From Octopus sinensis (Eukaryota), in assembly GCF_006345805.1 (NCBI RefSeq), contig NC_043012.1, positions 54,932,001 to 54,996,000 of the forward strand: a stretch of 64,000 nucleotides of DNA, given 5' to 3'. The notes beneath the pieces are model-generated. The model did no database searches, was not told where the DNA came from, and worked only from the letters and a program-made list of their open reading frames with translations. The position numbers were made by a program, and so were the translations under genes. The first letter of the stretch is position 1. Each line of letters opens with the position of its first letter. Shown one piece after another: positions 38,969 through 50,740 of the stretch.

Positions 38969-39352
38969 GGTGCAAGAGTGGCTGTGTGGTAAGTAGCTTG
39001 CTTACAAACCACATGGTTCTGGGTTCAGTCCCACTGCGTGGCACCTTGGGCAAGTGTCTTCTACTATAGCCTCGGGCCAACCAAAGCCTTGTGAGTGGAT
39101 TTGGTACATGGAAACTGAAAGAAGCCCATCATACATGTGTGTGTGTGTGTGTGTGTGTGTTTGTCCCCCAACATCGCTTGACAACCGATGCTGTTTACGT
39201 CCCCATAACTTTGTGGTTCAAATTTTGCTGAGGTCAGCTTTGTGCTTTATCCTTTTGGGGTGGATAAAGTAAGTACCAGCTGAGCTCTGGGGTCAATGTA
39301 ATCAATTTACCCTCCAATGAAATTGCCGGGTTTGTGCCAAAATTTGAAACGA
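38969..39352 (+). mobile_element. SINE-A 5' part fused to SINE-B 3' part
   Basis: SINE-A runs to ...CCCCATAACTTTGTGGTTC, then AAATTTTGCTGAGGTCAGCTTTG...GTGCCAAAATTTGAAAC of SINE-B follows. Confidence 0.8.
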
Positions 39353-39679
39353 TATTCTTAATACAGTTCTATATTTAAGAGATGAGGAATTATGTACATT
39401 ATTTACATTATTTACATTCAGCGGATATTTGTCCTCACCTTTGTTCTTTCTTTTCTTCCTTTGATGGAACAGGCAGCGACCAACAATTTGAAGTTTCATT
39501 GGTATCCTGCAGTTGGTTCCCAAAGACTGCTCTTCTAGAGGAAGAGGTCATCTTTTCCTATGGGAGTTTTGAAATTGCACGCGATTCTTTGTCCAGATAT
39601 TTTGTTTCTCTGAGTGACACAGGCACTTCTCTTACGAGACATTATTTTAGATACTCTAGTTCAGGGATGGGCAACTTTT

Positions 39680-39797
39680 CAACAACTGATAGAATAGGTA
39701 CTAAGCTTACAAAGAATAAGTCCTGGGGTCGATTTGCTCAACTAAAGGTGGGCTCCAGCATGGCCACAGTCAAATGACTGAAACAAGTAAAAGAGTA
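39680..39797 (+). mobile_element. SINE-A 3' end
   Basis: GATAGAATAGGTACTAAGCTTACAAAGAATAAGTCCTGGGG...GACTGAAACAAGTAAAAGAG. Confidence 0.85.
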
Positions 39798-40017
39798 AGT
39801 TGTGATGTAAACACAGTGATGTCACTTGGTACACCTCCTCATGAAGGTCACTGTTAGCTCTCACTGTGCACGTAACTGTGTGCTGCCATCTGGTGGTGTA
39901 CTACAGAACTAGTCCGGGAACGTTTTGATACTACCTCAGACATAAATACAGATACACACTTACATACATTGACATATCATACATACATCCATACATACAT
40001 ACACACACATACATACA

Positions 40018-40325
40018 ACATTTGAGCGAGGTCGTTGCCAGTGCCGCTGGACTGGCTCCTGTGCAGGTGGCACATAGAAAACAGCATTTGAGCGTGGCCA
40101 TTGCCAGTACCGTCTGACTGGCCCTCATGCCGGTGGCATGTAAAAGCACCCACTACACTCTTGGAATGGTTGACGTTAGCAAGGGCATCCAGCTGTAGAA
40201 ACTCTGCCAGATCAAGATTGGAGCCTGGTGCAGCCATCTGATTCGCCAGTCCTCAATCAAATCGTCCAACCCATGCTAGCATGGAAAGCAGACGTTAAAC
40301 GATGATGATGATGATGATGATGATG
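40018..40325 (+). mobile_element. RTE tail-only copy with (GAT)n
   Basis: Two tandem units plus the conserved terminus. Confidence 0.92.
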
Positions 40326-40337
40326 CATACTTAGATA

Positions 40338-40554
40338 TAAGGGGTGCTGAAAGGTTCCTAGCTTTAAGGAGACAGCAAAAGGCTTCATTAGAGGCCTGAC
40401 CTTCCAAGTTTTTTTCAGAATTTTGAAAAACTGAAGGACCACTGCAATAGGTGTGTGAATCTGAGAGGGTAATATGTTGAATAAAATCATAATTAACAGA
40501 TAAAACTCCTGTATTTTCTTTTACCAAAAGCCAGGAACTTTCGGCACCCGCCTT

Positions 40555-40555
<1 letters not shown>
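40338..40555. mobile_element. ~220-bp mariner-derived MITE, TA-flanked
   Basis: TA|TAAGGGGTGCTGAAAGGTTCCTAGCTTT ... AAAGCCAGGAACTTTCGGCACCCGCCTTG|TA; the interior resembles a transposase 3' end. Confidence 0.8.
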
Positions 40556-40607
<52 letters not shown>

Positions 40608-40608
<1 letters not shown>

Positions 40609-40910
40609 TGTTTGTTCCTTCTCGAGCCATGCCTGGCTCATAAGGGCTGATTTCCCGGTTTCCTTGATGTATAGGTTCCCCACCTGGACGGGATGCTGGT
40701 CCGTCACAGATGAGCTGCAAGATGCAGGAGGAAAGAGTGAGAGAAAGTTGTGGCAAAAGAGTCAGCAGAAGTTCGCCATTACGTTCTGCCGGAGGTGCTT
40801 GGAGCTTGGGTGTTTCGCTCATAAACACACACACATCGCCCAGTCTGAGATTTGAACCTGCGTTCCCTCGACCGCAAGTCTGCTGCTCTAACCACTAGGC
40901 CTTGTGCCTC
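40608..40910 (-). mobile_element. SINE-C full-length
   Basis: Minus-strand head AGGCCTAGTGGTTAGAGCAG...GGTTCAAATCTC; body homologous to 42472-42778. Confidence 0.88.
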
Positions 40911-41232
40911 TACACTTACACACACACACACACACATATATACCCTTACATACATACACATACATCCATACATATATCCATACTTATGTTCGTACATACA
41001 CATACACATACACATACCTGCATACAAACATCTGTTCATCCATCCATCCATCCATCTATCCATACATCCACCCATCCACCCACCCATCCATCCATCCATC
41101 CACCCATCCCTCCATAGTGATTTATTAGTAATCACTCTCAAATGTTTGAACATCTCCTCATCTCCATCTCATCCAAATGTTAAAGCTTAAAAACAACAAC
41201 AGCACAACAACAACAGCAGCAGCAGCAGCAGC

Positions 41233-41290
<58 letters not shown>

Positions 41291-41464
41291 TCAACATTAA
41301 TAGCAACAACAACAATTATAATTCTAGTAATTGCAGCAATAATTAATTAATTAGTCAGCTTTGTAGTTAATTCTTAATTACTTTAAAAAAAATATAACAA
41401 TATAAAAAAAAACAAAATATAAAAAAATTAAAACACTTTTACATAGATTATGTGATGATGTTTT

Positions 41465-42086
41465 AACACCAGCATGGAAACAGGGACATTAAAGTGATGA
41501 TGACGATGACGACGACGACAGCGATGATGATGATGATGATGATGATGACAATGACAACGATGATGATGATGATGATGATGATGATAGTGGTGGTGGTGGT
41601 GGTGGAGGTGGTGGGGGTGATGAGGATGATGATGAGGAGGAGGACGTGGCTAAAGATAAACATGATCATGATTATCATCATCATTGAGGTGGTGATGATG
41701 TTGATGATGATGATGATGATGACAGTTATGATGCTGACATCCTCCTCCTGCCTTTGTTATTGAAGTCGATAACGATCATGATGACGGTGATGACAACGAT
41801 GGCAGCAATAATGATGACATCAATGATGACAATAATGATGACAACAAGAATGAGGATGATGGTGATGATGATGATGATGATAATGATGATGATGATGATG
41901 ATGATGGTGATGATGGTGGTGGTGGTGATGATGATGGTGATGATGGTGGTGGTGGTGGTGGTGGTGATGATAATATGATGATGGTGGTGGTGGTGGTGGT
42001 GACGTTAATGATGGTGATGATGTTGTTGATGATGATGAGGATGATGGTGGTGGTGGTGATGATGATGATGATTGTGGTGATGATGG

Positions 42087-42121
<35 letters not shown>

Positions 42122-42165
42122 GTGATAATATTAGTGGTGGTGAGAGTAGTGATGGTGGTGATGTA
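41465..42165 (+). repeat. (GAT)/(GGT) block preceded by an RTE-like terminus
   Basis: CCAGCATGGAAACAGGGACATTAAAGT(GAT)n followed by ~670 bp of trinucleotide repeats. Confidence 0.8.
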
Positions 42166-42471
42166 ATAGTGACGAGGAGGACAGCATCAATGATAGTGAC
42201 GATTATAGTGATTCCGATAATGAAGATAATTATAAAGACGTTGCGTACTGCGTGGGCTGCATTACGTATTTTAGCTTGTTTCCAAAAACCACTTCTAGTT
42301 AAATGACCATTGTCATGATGGGGTGATGGAAATACTGTTAAATATTTTGCTGTTTATTAACAGTTTAGATATGCATCTGCCAATGTTGTATATTTATAAT
42401 TTGTTGCATGCTTGTAGACAGGCAGTTGGAGCTCATACTGCATATATATATATATATACATATATGATTGT

Positions 42472-42778
42472 GGAGGCGCAATGGCCCAGTCGTTAGGGCA
42501 GTGGACTCGCGGTTGGAGGATCGCAGTTTCGATTCCCAGACCGGGCGTTGTGTGTGTCTATTGAGCAAAAACACCTAAAAGCTCCTCGAGGCTCTGGCAG
42601 GAGATGGTGGCGACCCCTGTTGTACTCTTTTGCTCCAACTTTCTCTCACTCTTTCTTCCTGTTTCTTGAGTAACACTGCGATGAACTGGCATCCTGTCTG
42701 GCTGGGGAGGAACACATACGCCATAGAAACTGGGAAACTGGGCCCATGAGCCTGACTAGGCTTGAAAAGGGCACATAA
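42472..42778 (+). mobile_element. SINE-C full-length
   Basis: GGAGGCGCAATGGCCCAGTCGTTAGGGCAG (A box), GTTTCGATTCC (B box). Confidence 0.88.
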
Positions 42779-42829
42779 ATATATATTATATATAGATATA
42801 TATTAAATATATATATATATATATATATA

Positions 42830-43175
42830 GTGCCAAGGACTCCAATTTGCCATCAAGATGTAGGACAAGATACTGTGATAGCCTGGGCTTCAGAGGTCCA
42901 CAGCTCTTCAATATCCTCCCGAAGGACCTGAGAGACCTGCATGGGGTGGATGCAGATGTCTTTAAAATAAAGCTGGACCTCTTCCTGTCAGGTGTCCTGG
43001 ATGAACCAACTTCACGGTAGGAGGTGCAGATGAGGGCAGCTGCATCAAACTCTCTCATGCACCAAATGTCAATTGCTAAAAAGCATTCGTGAAGTAAAAT
43101 CATGTAGCAACACTGAATGGCGGTGCCCCAGCATGGCCACAGCTCATGAGCTGAAACTAAATAAAAAAAAAAAAA
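42830..43175 (+). mobile_element. CR1-group LINE 3' end with 3' UTR and poly(A)
   Basis: PSRCRTRYCDSLGFRGPQLFNILPKDLRDLHGVDADVFKIKLDLFLSGVLDEP; terminus GGCGGTGCCCCAGCATGGCCACAGCTCATGAGCTGAAACTAAAT(A)n. Confidence 0.85.
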
Positions 43176-43674
43176 TTCCAAGAGAGTTAGAGGTTATGAA
43201 TCCAACCAACTAAGGGATAATATCTATCCAATATACTGCTGGTAGAATACCCAATTATTAATAAACAAGTGTTTTTTATTGCATGGCAATTACATTACCG
43301 AGTGTAATAAATGGGTGAGAGTGAAAAGTTTTTTTACCTTTAATTGATTCGGCAATAAGAAAATGGAGGGCATCAAGAGGTGGTATTCATCAACTTTTAG
43401 ACATCATATTATGTCTATTTTTTTTTTTTAAATGTATAACATATGCTTTACATATATAAAAATACCAGTAATTATTAAATATATAATGTAGAACATAGAA
43501 AGTAGAATACTACATTATATATTTTAATAATTACTGGTATTTTTATATATGTAAAGCATAATGTTATACATGTATGCATATTGTTACAATTTATTTTAAA
43601 AAAATAGACATAATATAATGTCTAAAAGTTGCTGAATACCACTTTTTGATCCCCTCCATTTCCTTATTGCCATG

Positions 43675-43819
43675 AGTATGATTATATATATATATGATAT
43701 ATATATTATATATATAATATTATATATATATATTATATATATATGTATATATATAATTATATATATACATACAAATATATATATATATAACACACACACA
43801 CACAATATATATATAGTAC

Positions 43820-43850
<31 letters not shown>

Positions 43851-43949
43851 ATCTATATATATTATATATATATATACATACATACATACCTATATATATA
43901 TATTATATATATACATACATACATACATACATACTACATACATATATAC

Positions 43950-44035
<86 letters not shown>

Positions 44036-44045
44036 GTGTATATAC
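43675..44045. repeat. (TA)-rich microsatellite block
   Basis: Direct inspection. Confidence 0.9.
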
Positions 44046-44052
44046 TTTTTTT

Positions 44053-44257
44053 TTACTCTTTTTACTTGTTTCAGTCATTTGACTGTGGCCATGCTGGAGC
44101 ACCGCCTTTAGTCATGCAAATCGCCCCCAGGACTTATTCTTTGTAAGCCTAGTACATATTCTATCAGACACTTTTGCCAAACCGCTAAGTTACAGGGATG
44201 TAAACACACCAGCATTGGTTGTCAAGCGATGTTGTGGGGACAAACACAGACACACAA

Positions 44258-44293
<36 letters not shown>

Positions 44294-44455
44294 GTTCATA
44301 TATATATACATACATATATACGATGGGCTTCTTTCAGTTTCCGTCTACCAAATCCATTCACAAGGCTTCGGTCAGCCTGAGGCTATAGTAGAAGACACTT
44401 GCCCAAGGTGCCACACAGTGGGACTGAACCCAGTACCATGTGGCTGGTAAGCAAG
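44053..44455 (-). mobile_element. SINE-A near full length
   Basis: Reverse complement of the 14928-15337 copy. Confidence 0.92.
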
Positions 44456-44509
44456 AATAAATCACCACCACCACCACCACCACCACCACCACCACCACCA
44501 CCACCACCA

Positions 44510-44700
44510 TCATTTAACATCTGTCTACCATGCTGGCATGGGTTGGACAGTTTGACAGGAGCAAGCCACGTAGAAGACCACCCCAGGCTACTGTGTTCCT
44601 GTTGGCATGGTTTCTATGGCTGGATGCCCTTCCTAACACCAACCACCCAACAGCATGAGCTGAGTGCTTTTTGCATGGCACCATCAGTTTTGGCACAATA
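44510..44700 (-). mobile_element. Older RTE tail-only copy with (CAC)n at its 3' end
   Basis: CATTTAACATCTGTCTACCATGCTGGCATGGGTTGGAC...GGCTGGATGCCCTTCCTAACACCAACCAC. Confidence 0.8.
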
Positions 44701-45480
44701 TGCAAATATATTGCTGTAGATGGTGCAAATAACAATTTTTTTTATTGGTCAGCAGATATAAGCACTGACCAGCAGACATTTTGTTTGTTGAAAATATAAA
44801 CAAAGCCATTGGCTTTAGCTGGTCTCAAAGTTCTGGCTACTCCTGGCTGATGAGGCACGACATGTCAAAACCCCAATATCCGAATATCCGAGAACGTTGT
44901 GCACCGATGGGACAAGTATGTTGAATATGCTATAATCATAAAAGGGAGAAGTTATTCTCCAGAGACATACACCACAGCACCCAGCATATTTTTTGCATCT
45001 GAAGCTGCCCAGACGTTAAGAAGGAATATACAAATATTCATTGGGCGATGCATTCTACTCTTTTTAAAGATAGTAGAACGAGATTTTAGGGTGATTTGGC
45101 TGCTATTTCTAGCAGAGTAAGAGGACATGTATTGGCTTCCTTGTTGGGCTTGATGCTCTAATTACTTAATACAGTGCTTTCCTAATATGTGGTTTATGTT
45201 GAATACAAATGGTTGACAGTTTTTTTTTACTTTTGTTCAACCATAGTGAGTCATTCAGGTCATCTCGTATACATAAATTTGTTAGGTCAGCAGATAGAGA
45301 TAAGATAAATGTGTACATTTCAAACTGGTCAGTCACATAAACCACAAGCTATAAATTTGCGATCTGCTTGATTAACTTAGACAGGAGCCACAGGCAGTGT
45401 CCTGGATAGTGAAAGCTGAACACAGACTTACCAGTGCATAAAAACTTCAAGGGAGTTGTCAAAAGCAGTCAGCAACAACT

Positions 45481-45592
45481 GGTTTATTGAGCAAAAACAT
45501 CTAAGCTCCATGAGGCTCCGGCAGGGGGGAGGTGGTGAACCCCCCCCCCCCCATTGTACTCTTTCACCACAACTTTCTCTCACTCTTTCTTC
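45481..45592 (+). mobile_element. SINE-C internal fragment
   Basis: TTTATTGAGCAAAAACATCTAAGCTCC..GAGGCTCCGGCAG...CAACTTTCTCTCACTCTTTC. Confidence 0.7.
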
Positions 45593-45884
45593 GTACTTCT
45601 GCCACAAAGCAGAGGAACCATCGTGTAACCCACTATGGTGTGGTAAACTTTCTGACCCTAATCTAGATTACAAATCCTCTGTACCCCAGGATGGTTCAGC
45701 TCTCCACCCGTTAAAAGCCACCATTTACGGAATGAGGATAACAACGTAGCTATCGCGCCCGTGCAACCGCCAGTCTATCGCATGTGGCGGGTGGATCTTC
45801 AAGTTGCCACACGCACTCTTAGTAGCTTAGAGTAGACTTGAATTAGAGATTATTCTTTGTGGCTAATGGTGTGAGCCCTGTTTG

Positions 45885-46245
45885 GAAGAAGAAGAAGAAG
45901 AAGAAGAAGAAGAAGAAGAAGAAGAAGAAGATAAGAAAGAAGAAGAAGAGGAGGGGAGGAGGAGGAGGAGGAGGAGAAGGAGAAGAAGAAGATAAGAAGG
46001 AGAAGAAGAAGATAAGAAGGAGGAGGAGGAGGAGGAGGAGGAAGAGGAGGTGGAGAAGAGAGAAGGACGAAAAGAAGAAGAAGAGAAGAAGAAGGAGGAG
46101 GAGGAGGAGGAGGAGGAGAAGAGGAGGCGGAGAAGAAGAAGAAGAAGGAGAAGAAGGAGAGGAAGGAGAAGAAGAAGAAGAAGAAGAAGAAGAAGAAGAA
46201 GAAGAAGAGAAAGACAGGGAGAAAGAAGGCGGTAGGAGGAGGAGA
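45885..46245. repeat. (AAG)/(GAG) polypurine block
   Basis: Direct inspection. Confidence 0.95.
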
Positions 46246-46575
46246 AAGAATTCCAATATTCAATGCAAAGCCAGGAATGTGCATCTAATTATAATTCCAT
46301 TCACATCCAAGGTGTTTTTATAGAACTATGATATCGACTCCCACCAATATTTGGTGCCTGGGGGTGCTTCAGAATAGTCTAGGTGGGCACTAATTTGAAA
46401 TAATACTAAAGTGGAGTTTTGAAATAAGTGTATCACTGTAAATCTGATGGTGCAACCATTGAATGGTGAGGGGAAAGTGGCATCCAGTGCACCCCCTTAG
46501 TAATGACCATGGTGGAGAGCTATGAAGGGGGAAATCGGATCAGAATCAATAGTTTATAGTAAAGAGCTAACAATT

Positions 46576-46773
46576 GGCGTAGGAGTGGCTGTGTGGTAAG
46601 TAGCTTGCTTACCAGCCACATGGTTCCGGGTTCAGTCCCACTGCGTGGCACCTTGGGCAAGTGTCTTCTACTATAGCCTCGGGCCAACCAAAGCCTTGTG
46701 AGTGGATTTGGTAGATGGAAACTGAAAGAAGCCTGTCGTATATATATATATATATATGATATGATGATAATGA

Positions 46774-46828
<55 letters not shown>

Positions 46829-47035
46829 CGTGTGTGTGTGTGTATGTCTGTGTATATATTTGTGTGTCTGTGTTTGTCCCCCCAACATCGCTTGACAACC
46901 GATGCTGGTGTGTTTATGTCCCCGTAACTCAGTGGTTTGGCAAAAGAGACCGATAGAATAAGTACTAGGCTTACAAACAATAAGTCCTGGGGGCGATTTG
47001 TTGGGCTAAAGGCGGTGCTGAAACAAGTAAAAGAT
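46576..47035 (+). mobile_element. SINE-A with an internal deletion in the 3' stem-loop region
   Basis: GGCGGTGCTGAAACAAG lacks CCAGCATGGCCGCAGTCAAATGAC. Confidence 0.92.
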
Positions 47036-47229
47036 AAAAAGATAAAAAGATAAAAGATAATTGAGAAAAACCGATTGGAGAAGAAATGATTAGCTATGAC
47101 ATCATAGCTAATGTGCAAATGGTGAGATTAGCCTTTAACCATTTCTTCAACATGAAATAATAGGACTTTGCTGTTAGAGTTAGAGCCCATACTCTAAAAC
47201 ACTAGGGAACTAAAAGCTAAGACTGTTTG

Positions 47230-47860
47230 ATAGACCTGAGATTGAGGTCTGACATGGCAACAGAATCACAATCAAATCTTTGATGGATTAGGACAGCTAT
47301 GCTACTTGTCAGTGCAGATGTTGGTGGCTGTCCAATAGCACTTCATTTCACTGTTGAGAGCAGGATGGGTTGGAAATGATGGTGCCTACCTCAATGGCAT
47401 GTCACAGCTCTCAGTAGATGTGAGATATTGTGAAAAAGATAGTCACTGAAATACAGGAAGTATAAGTGAACTATCTAAACCAGGTGACTTTGATGGTTTG
47501 CTCTCTGAGGTAAACATACACCATAAATAGCAGCAGAATGGGAGAAATCCCAGTGATGTTAGCTGGACAGTAATAATACTGGTGAGGAAGGATGCCAACA
47601 AGGGCATCAGAGATAATTTTTGGCTCATAACACAGAGTTTAAGATTTTTGGCTAAGGTGTTAGCGAAAAGGCTGCTGGCTCTTGTCACTGGTGAACTGGT
47701 CAGGGAAATGCAAATGTGATATCCCTTACAAGTCCATCTGTTGCCCAACCTTTACCTTGTACAATACATCATACTGAAGGCTTCAGAGGGGTTCTGATCA
47801 ATTTGGCAGTTAAAACCTTTGATAGTGTTAACCATCATTTATTAAAAACTATCCTGATGA
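47230..47860 (+). mobile_element. Highly degenerate L1/Tx1-like RT fragment
   Basis: Pieces read PGDFDGLLSE, GEIPSDVSWTVIILVRKDANKG, FKIFAKVLAKRL-like, VLINL..KTFDSVNH. Confidence 0.55.
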
Positions 47861-48412
47861 GCAGACATGTGGTGAGACTATGTCCTATGTCACTTGCAAA
47901 GATTCTTTTGAGTAAATGGGTGTGGTCATTATCTGTGAGATACATCTCTTCACAGTTTATCTCCTTGACAGTCTTGGTTGAAGCAAAGACTGAGACTGGG
48001 TAGCTAGCATCTAGAATTTCATTATTTCATTAGATGTTAATCAATGAGATTACCAGATATTCTATTCTACAGAGGATTTGTAATGATGAAGTTTTATTAT
48101 GAAGTTTGCATCAGAGAAATGATTGAAGAACAATTGTTGCTTAATTATTAATATGGTCATTTTATTAAGATTGATTATATATCAGTTATTATGTTACAAT
48201 ATTGAAGATGATTATAATATCAGTTGTTACAATATATATAAGATGTAATCTTGTCGGTTTGCTTGTGTATACATGTTACTTTGTAGATACTCCATTCTGT
48301 ATGATAGTTTGTAGGTTTATTTCAACTCTGTTGCTATTAGAGAAAAAGAGAATAAAGGGAATGTAGATATATAGAAATGATAAGAAGTTTATGTTCACAC
48401 AAATAATGGAAA

Positions 48413-48447
<35 letters not shown>

Positions 48448-48778
48448 ATCCAGCTGAAAGAGGGTGTCTGATAATTGCTTGTGTATATATAATTTTGCCA
48501 ATTTAATTAGGTCAGTTGAGAACAATAGCATTCTTTATCTTTAATCCGAATTGACCAAAGAATACTCTGAGAATGGTTAAGAGGTGAATACATTCCCAAG
48601 AACAATAGTGTTCTTTGACCTTTATCAGAATTGACCAAGAATACTCTGAGAAAGATCAAGAGGTCAGTACATTCCCATTAATCTCCAACCCAAGAACTCA
48701 GAATACAGTAAGTTGGAACGAATATTCCAAGACATCTCATCTGATGTTCAAAGAATTTTGTGAACTCACTGCCATGGC

Positions 48779-48907
48779 CTGGTACTTTATTTTATCAACA
48801 TCAATAGGATAAAAGACAAAGCTGATCTCAGTAGGATTTGAACTCAGAAGGCAATGGTAGAATAAACACCATAAAGCTTTTTGTCCTATGTTCTAATGAC
48901 TTTGCCA
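48779..48907 (-). mobile_element. Old SINE-B fragment
   Basis: GGTACTTTATTTTATCAAC...GATTTGAACTCAGAA. Confidence 0.6.
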
Positions 48908-49010
48908 ATGAGTGAGGCATTGTGGCATCTTGCCTGAAGTTAGCCATGGTCTTTCATGAGATTAGCTATTTCTGATATGTAATTTGAGGTTGGTGCTTAA
49001 TAGGATAATG

Positions 49011-49284
49011 TGAAGACACATGGCTTAGTGGTTAGGGGATTTGGCTCATGGTCATAAGGTTTTGAGTTTGATTCCTGCCAGCCCCTTGTTTTCTTCAGCA
49101 AGACATTTTATTTCATTTTGCTAATTGTGCTTGTATTCCAAAGGGCCGACCTTGTCACATTGAATCTCCCTGGGAACTATATTAAGTGTATGCATGTCTG
49201 TGGAGTACTCAGCCACTTGCACATTAATTTTATGAGCAGGCTGTTCTGTTGATTGGATCAACTGAAACCTGTCTCATTGTTACC
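49011..49284 (+). mobile_element. SINE-D: further tRNA-derived SINE, degenerate
   Basis: TGGCTTAGTGGTTAG (A box), GAGTTTGATTCC (B box), AGCAAGACATTTTATTTC core. Confidence 0.6.
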
Positions 49285-49321
49285 AATGGAGTGTCAGTTT
49301 TATAAAATATTTTTAGGTGGA

Positions 49322-49524
49322 AGATATCATCATCATCATCATCGTCGTCGTCGTCGTCGTCGTCATCATCATCATCATCGTCATCATCGTCGTCGTCGTC
49401 ATCGTCGTCGTCGTCGTCGTAGTCATCATCATCGTCGTCGTCGTCATCATCATCATCATCTTCATCATCGTCGTCGTCGTCGTCATCATCATCATCGTCG
49501 TCGTCGTCATCATCGTCGTCGTCG

Positions 49525-49559
<35 letters not shown>

Positions 49560-49735
49560 GTCATCGTCGTCGCCGTGGTCGTCGTCATCATCATCGTTGT
49601 CGTCATCAACATCATCATCATCGTCGTCGTCGTCGTCGTCATCATCATCATCATCATCATCACTATCATCATCGTTGTCATCATTGCCACTGTTGCTGTC
49701 ATCGTCGTCGTTGTCATTTTAACATCCTCTCTTCC
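49322..49735 (-). repeat. (CAT)/(CGT) block ending at a degenerate RTE terminus
   Basis: TTTAACATCCTCTCTTCCA resembles TTTAACGTCCGCTTTCCA. Confidence 0.8.
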
Positions 49736-49738
49736 ACA

Positions 49739-50137
49739 CTCTTTTACTTGTTTCAGTCATTTGACTGCGGCCATGTTGGAGCACCGCCTTTAGCCGAGCA
49801 AATCGACCCCCAGGACTTATTCTTTGTAAGCCCAGTACTTGTTCTATCAGTCTCTTTTGCCGAACCGCTAAGTAACGTGGACGTAAACACACCAGCATCG
49901 GTTGTCAAGCGAAGTTGGGGGGACAAACACAGACACACAAGCATATACACACACACATATATATACACATATATACGACGGGCTTCTTTCAGTTTCCATC
50001 TACCAAATCCACTCACAAGGCTTTGATTGGCCCGAGGCTATAGTTGAAGACACTTGGCCAAGGTGCCACGCAGTGGGGCTGAACCCGGAACGATATGGTT
50101 GGTAAGCAAGCCACTTACCACACAGCCGCTCCTGCGC
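49739..50137 (-). mobile_element. SINE-A full-length
   Basis: Reverse complement of the SINE-A sequence; ends CACAGCCGCTCCTGCGC. Confidence 0.93.
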
Positions 50138-50740
50138 TCAAAATAGTAACAAAATTGCTTTCAGGTCAATCAATAACAGTTTATAAAAATGGAAGTACAC
50201 GTCAAGCTAATGAGGAAGTTTCTATAATCAATGCAAATACTCAATCTGCCCCAAAACGGTAACCAAATCTCCTTCTAGTCGCTCTGTGCTGTCGTAAAAA
50301 AAAAGATTCCAGTCTTAAGTCTGTGAACTGTGATCTCTTGAGCCTTGATTCGATTGTAAGTCACAGTTACTTCCCTTTACACATATCGTGTCAGTCATGC
50401 ATTGTTAGACATTGACCGATCTACTCCCTTACTTTCTCACGAAACCAACAGGGATATGAATCAACGGGGGAGGATTCTATGTGGTCACTCAGCGCGTTGG
50501 AAATAGTAGCTAAATCTCCTTCAAATTTTTAAAGGGGAATTAAGTGGATAATTTTGGATAGTCATTAAACTTACAAGAAACTGCAACCAAATTACCCAGA
50601 AATCACACAACCTATCGTCTTAAGAATGGGAAAATATATTGAATAATAAATTGATATGAAATACATTCTGTCTAAAATGATGGGATGATTACTCAATCTA
50701 CTAGAAATAGTAGTCAAATCTCTCTCAGATCACACATATT

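Noticed and set aside
44845-44935. CTGATGA-GGCA..TGTC-AAAA hammerhead-like motif
   Set aside because: G12 is missing and no helix III or valid UH site is present; the adjacent sequence looks like a mariner 3' remnant (HRWDKYVE).
47853-47890. CTGATGA...GAGAC..GTC hammerhead-like motif
   Set aside because: GAAA is altered, and stems I and II do not form.
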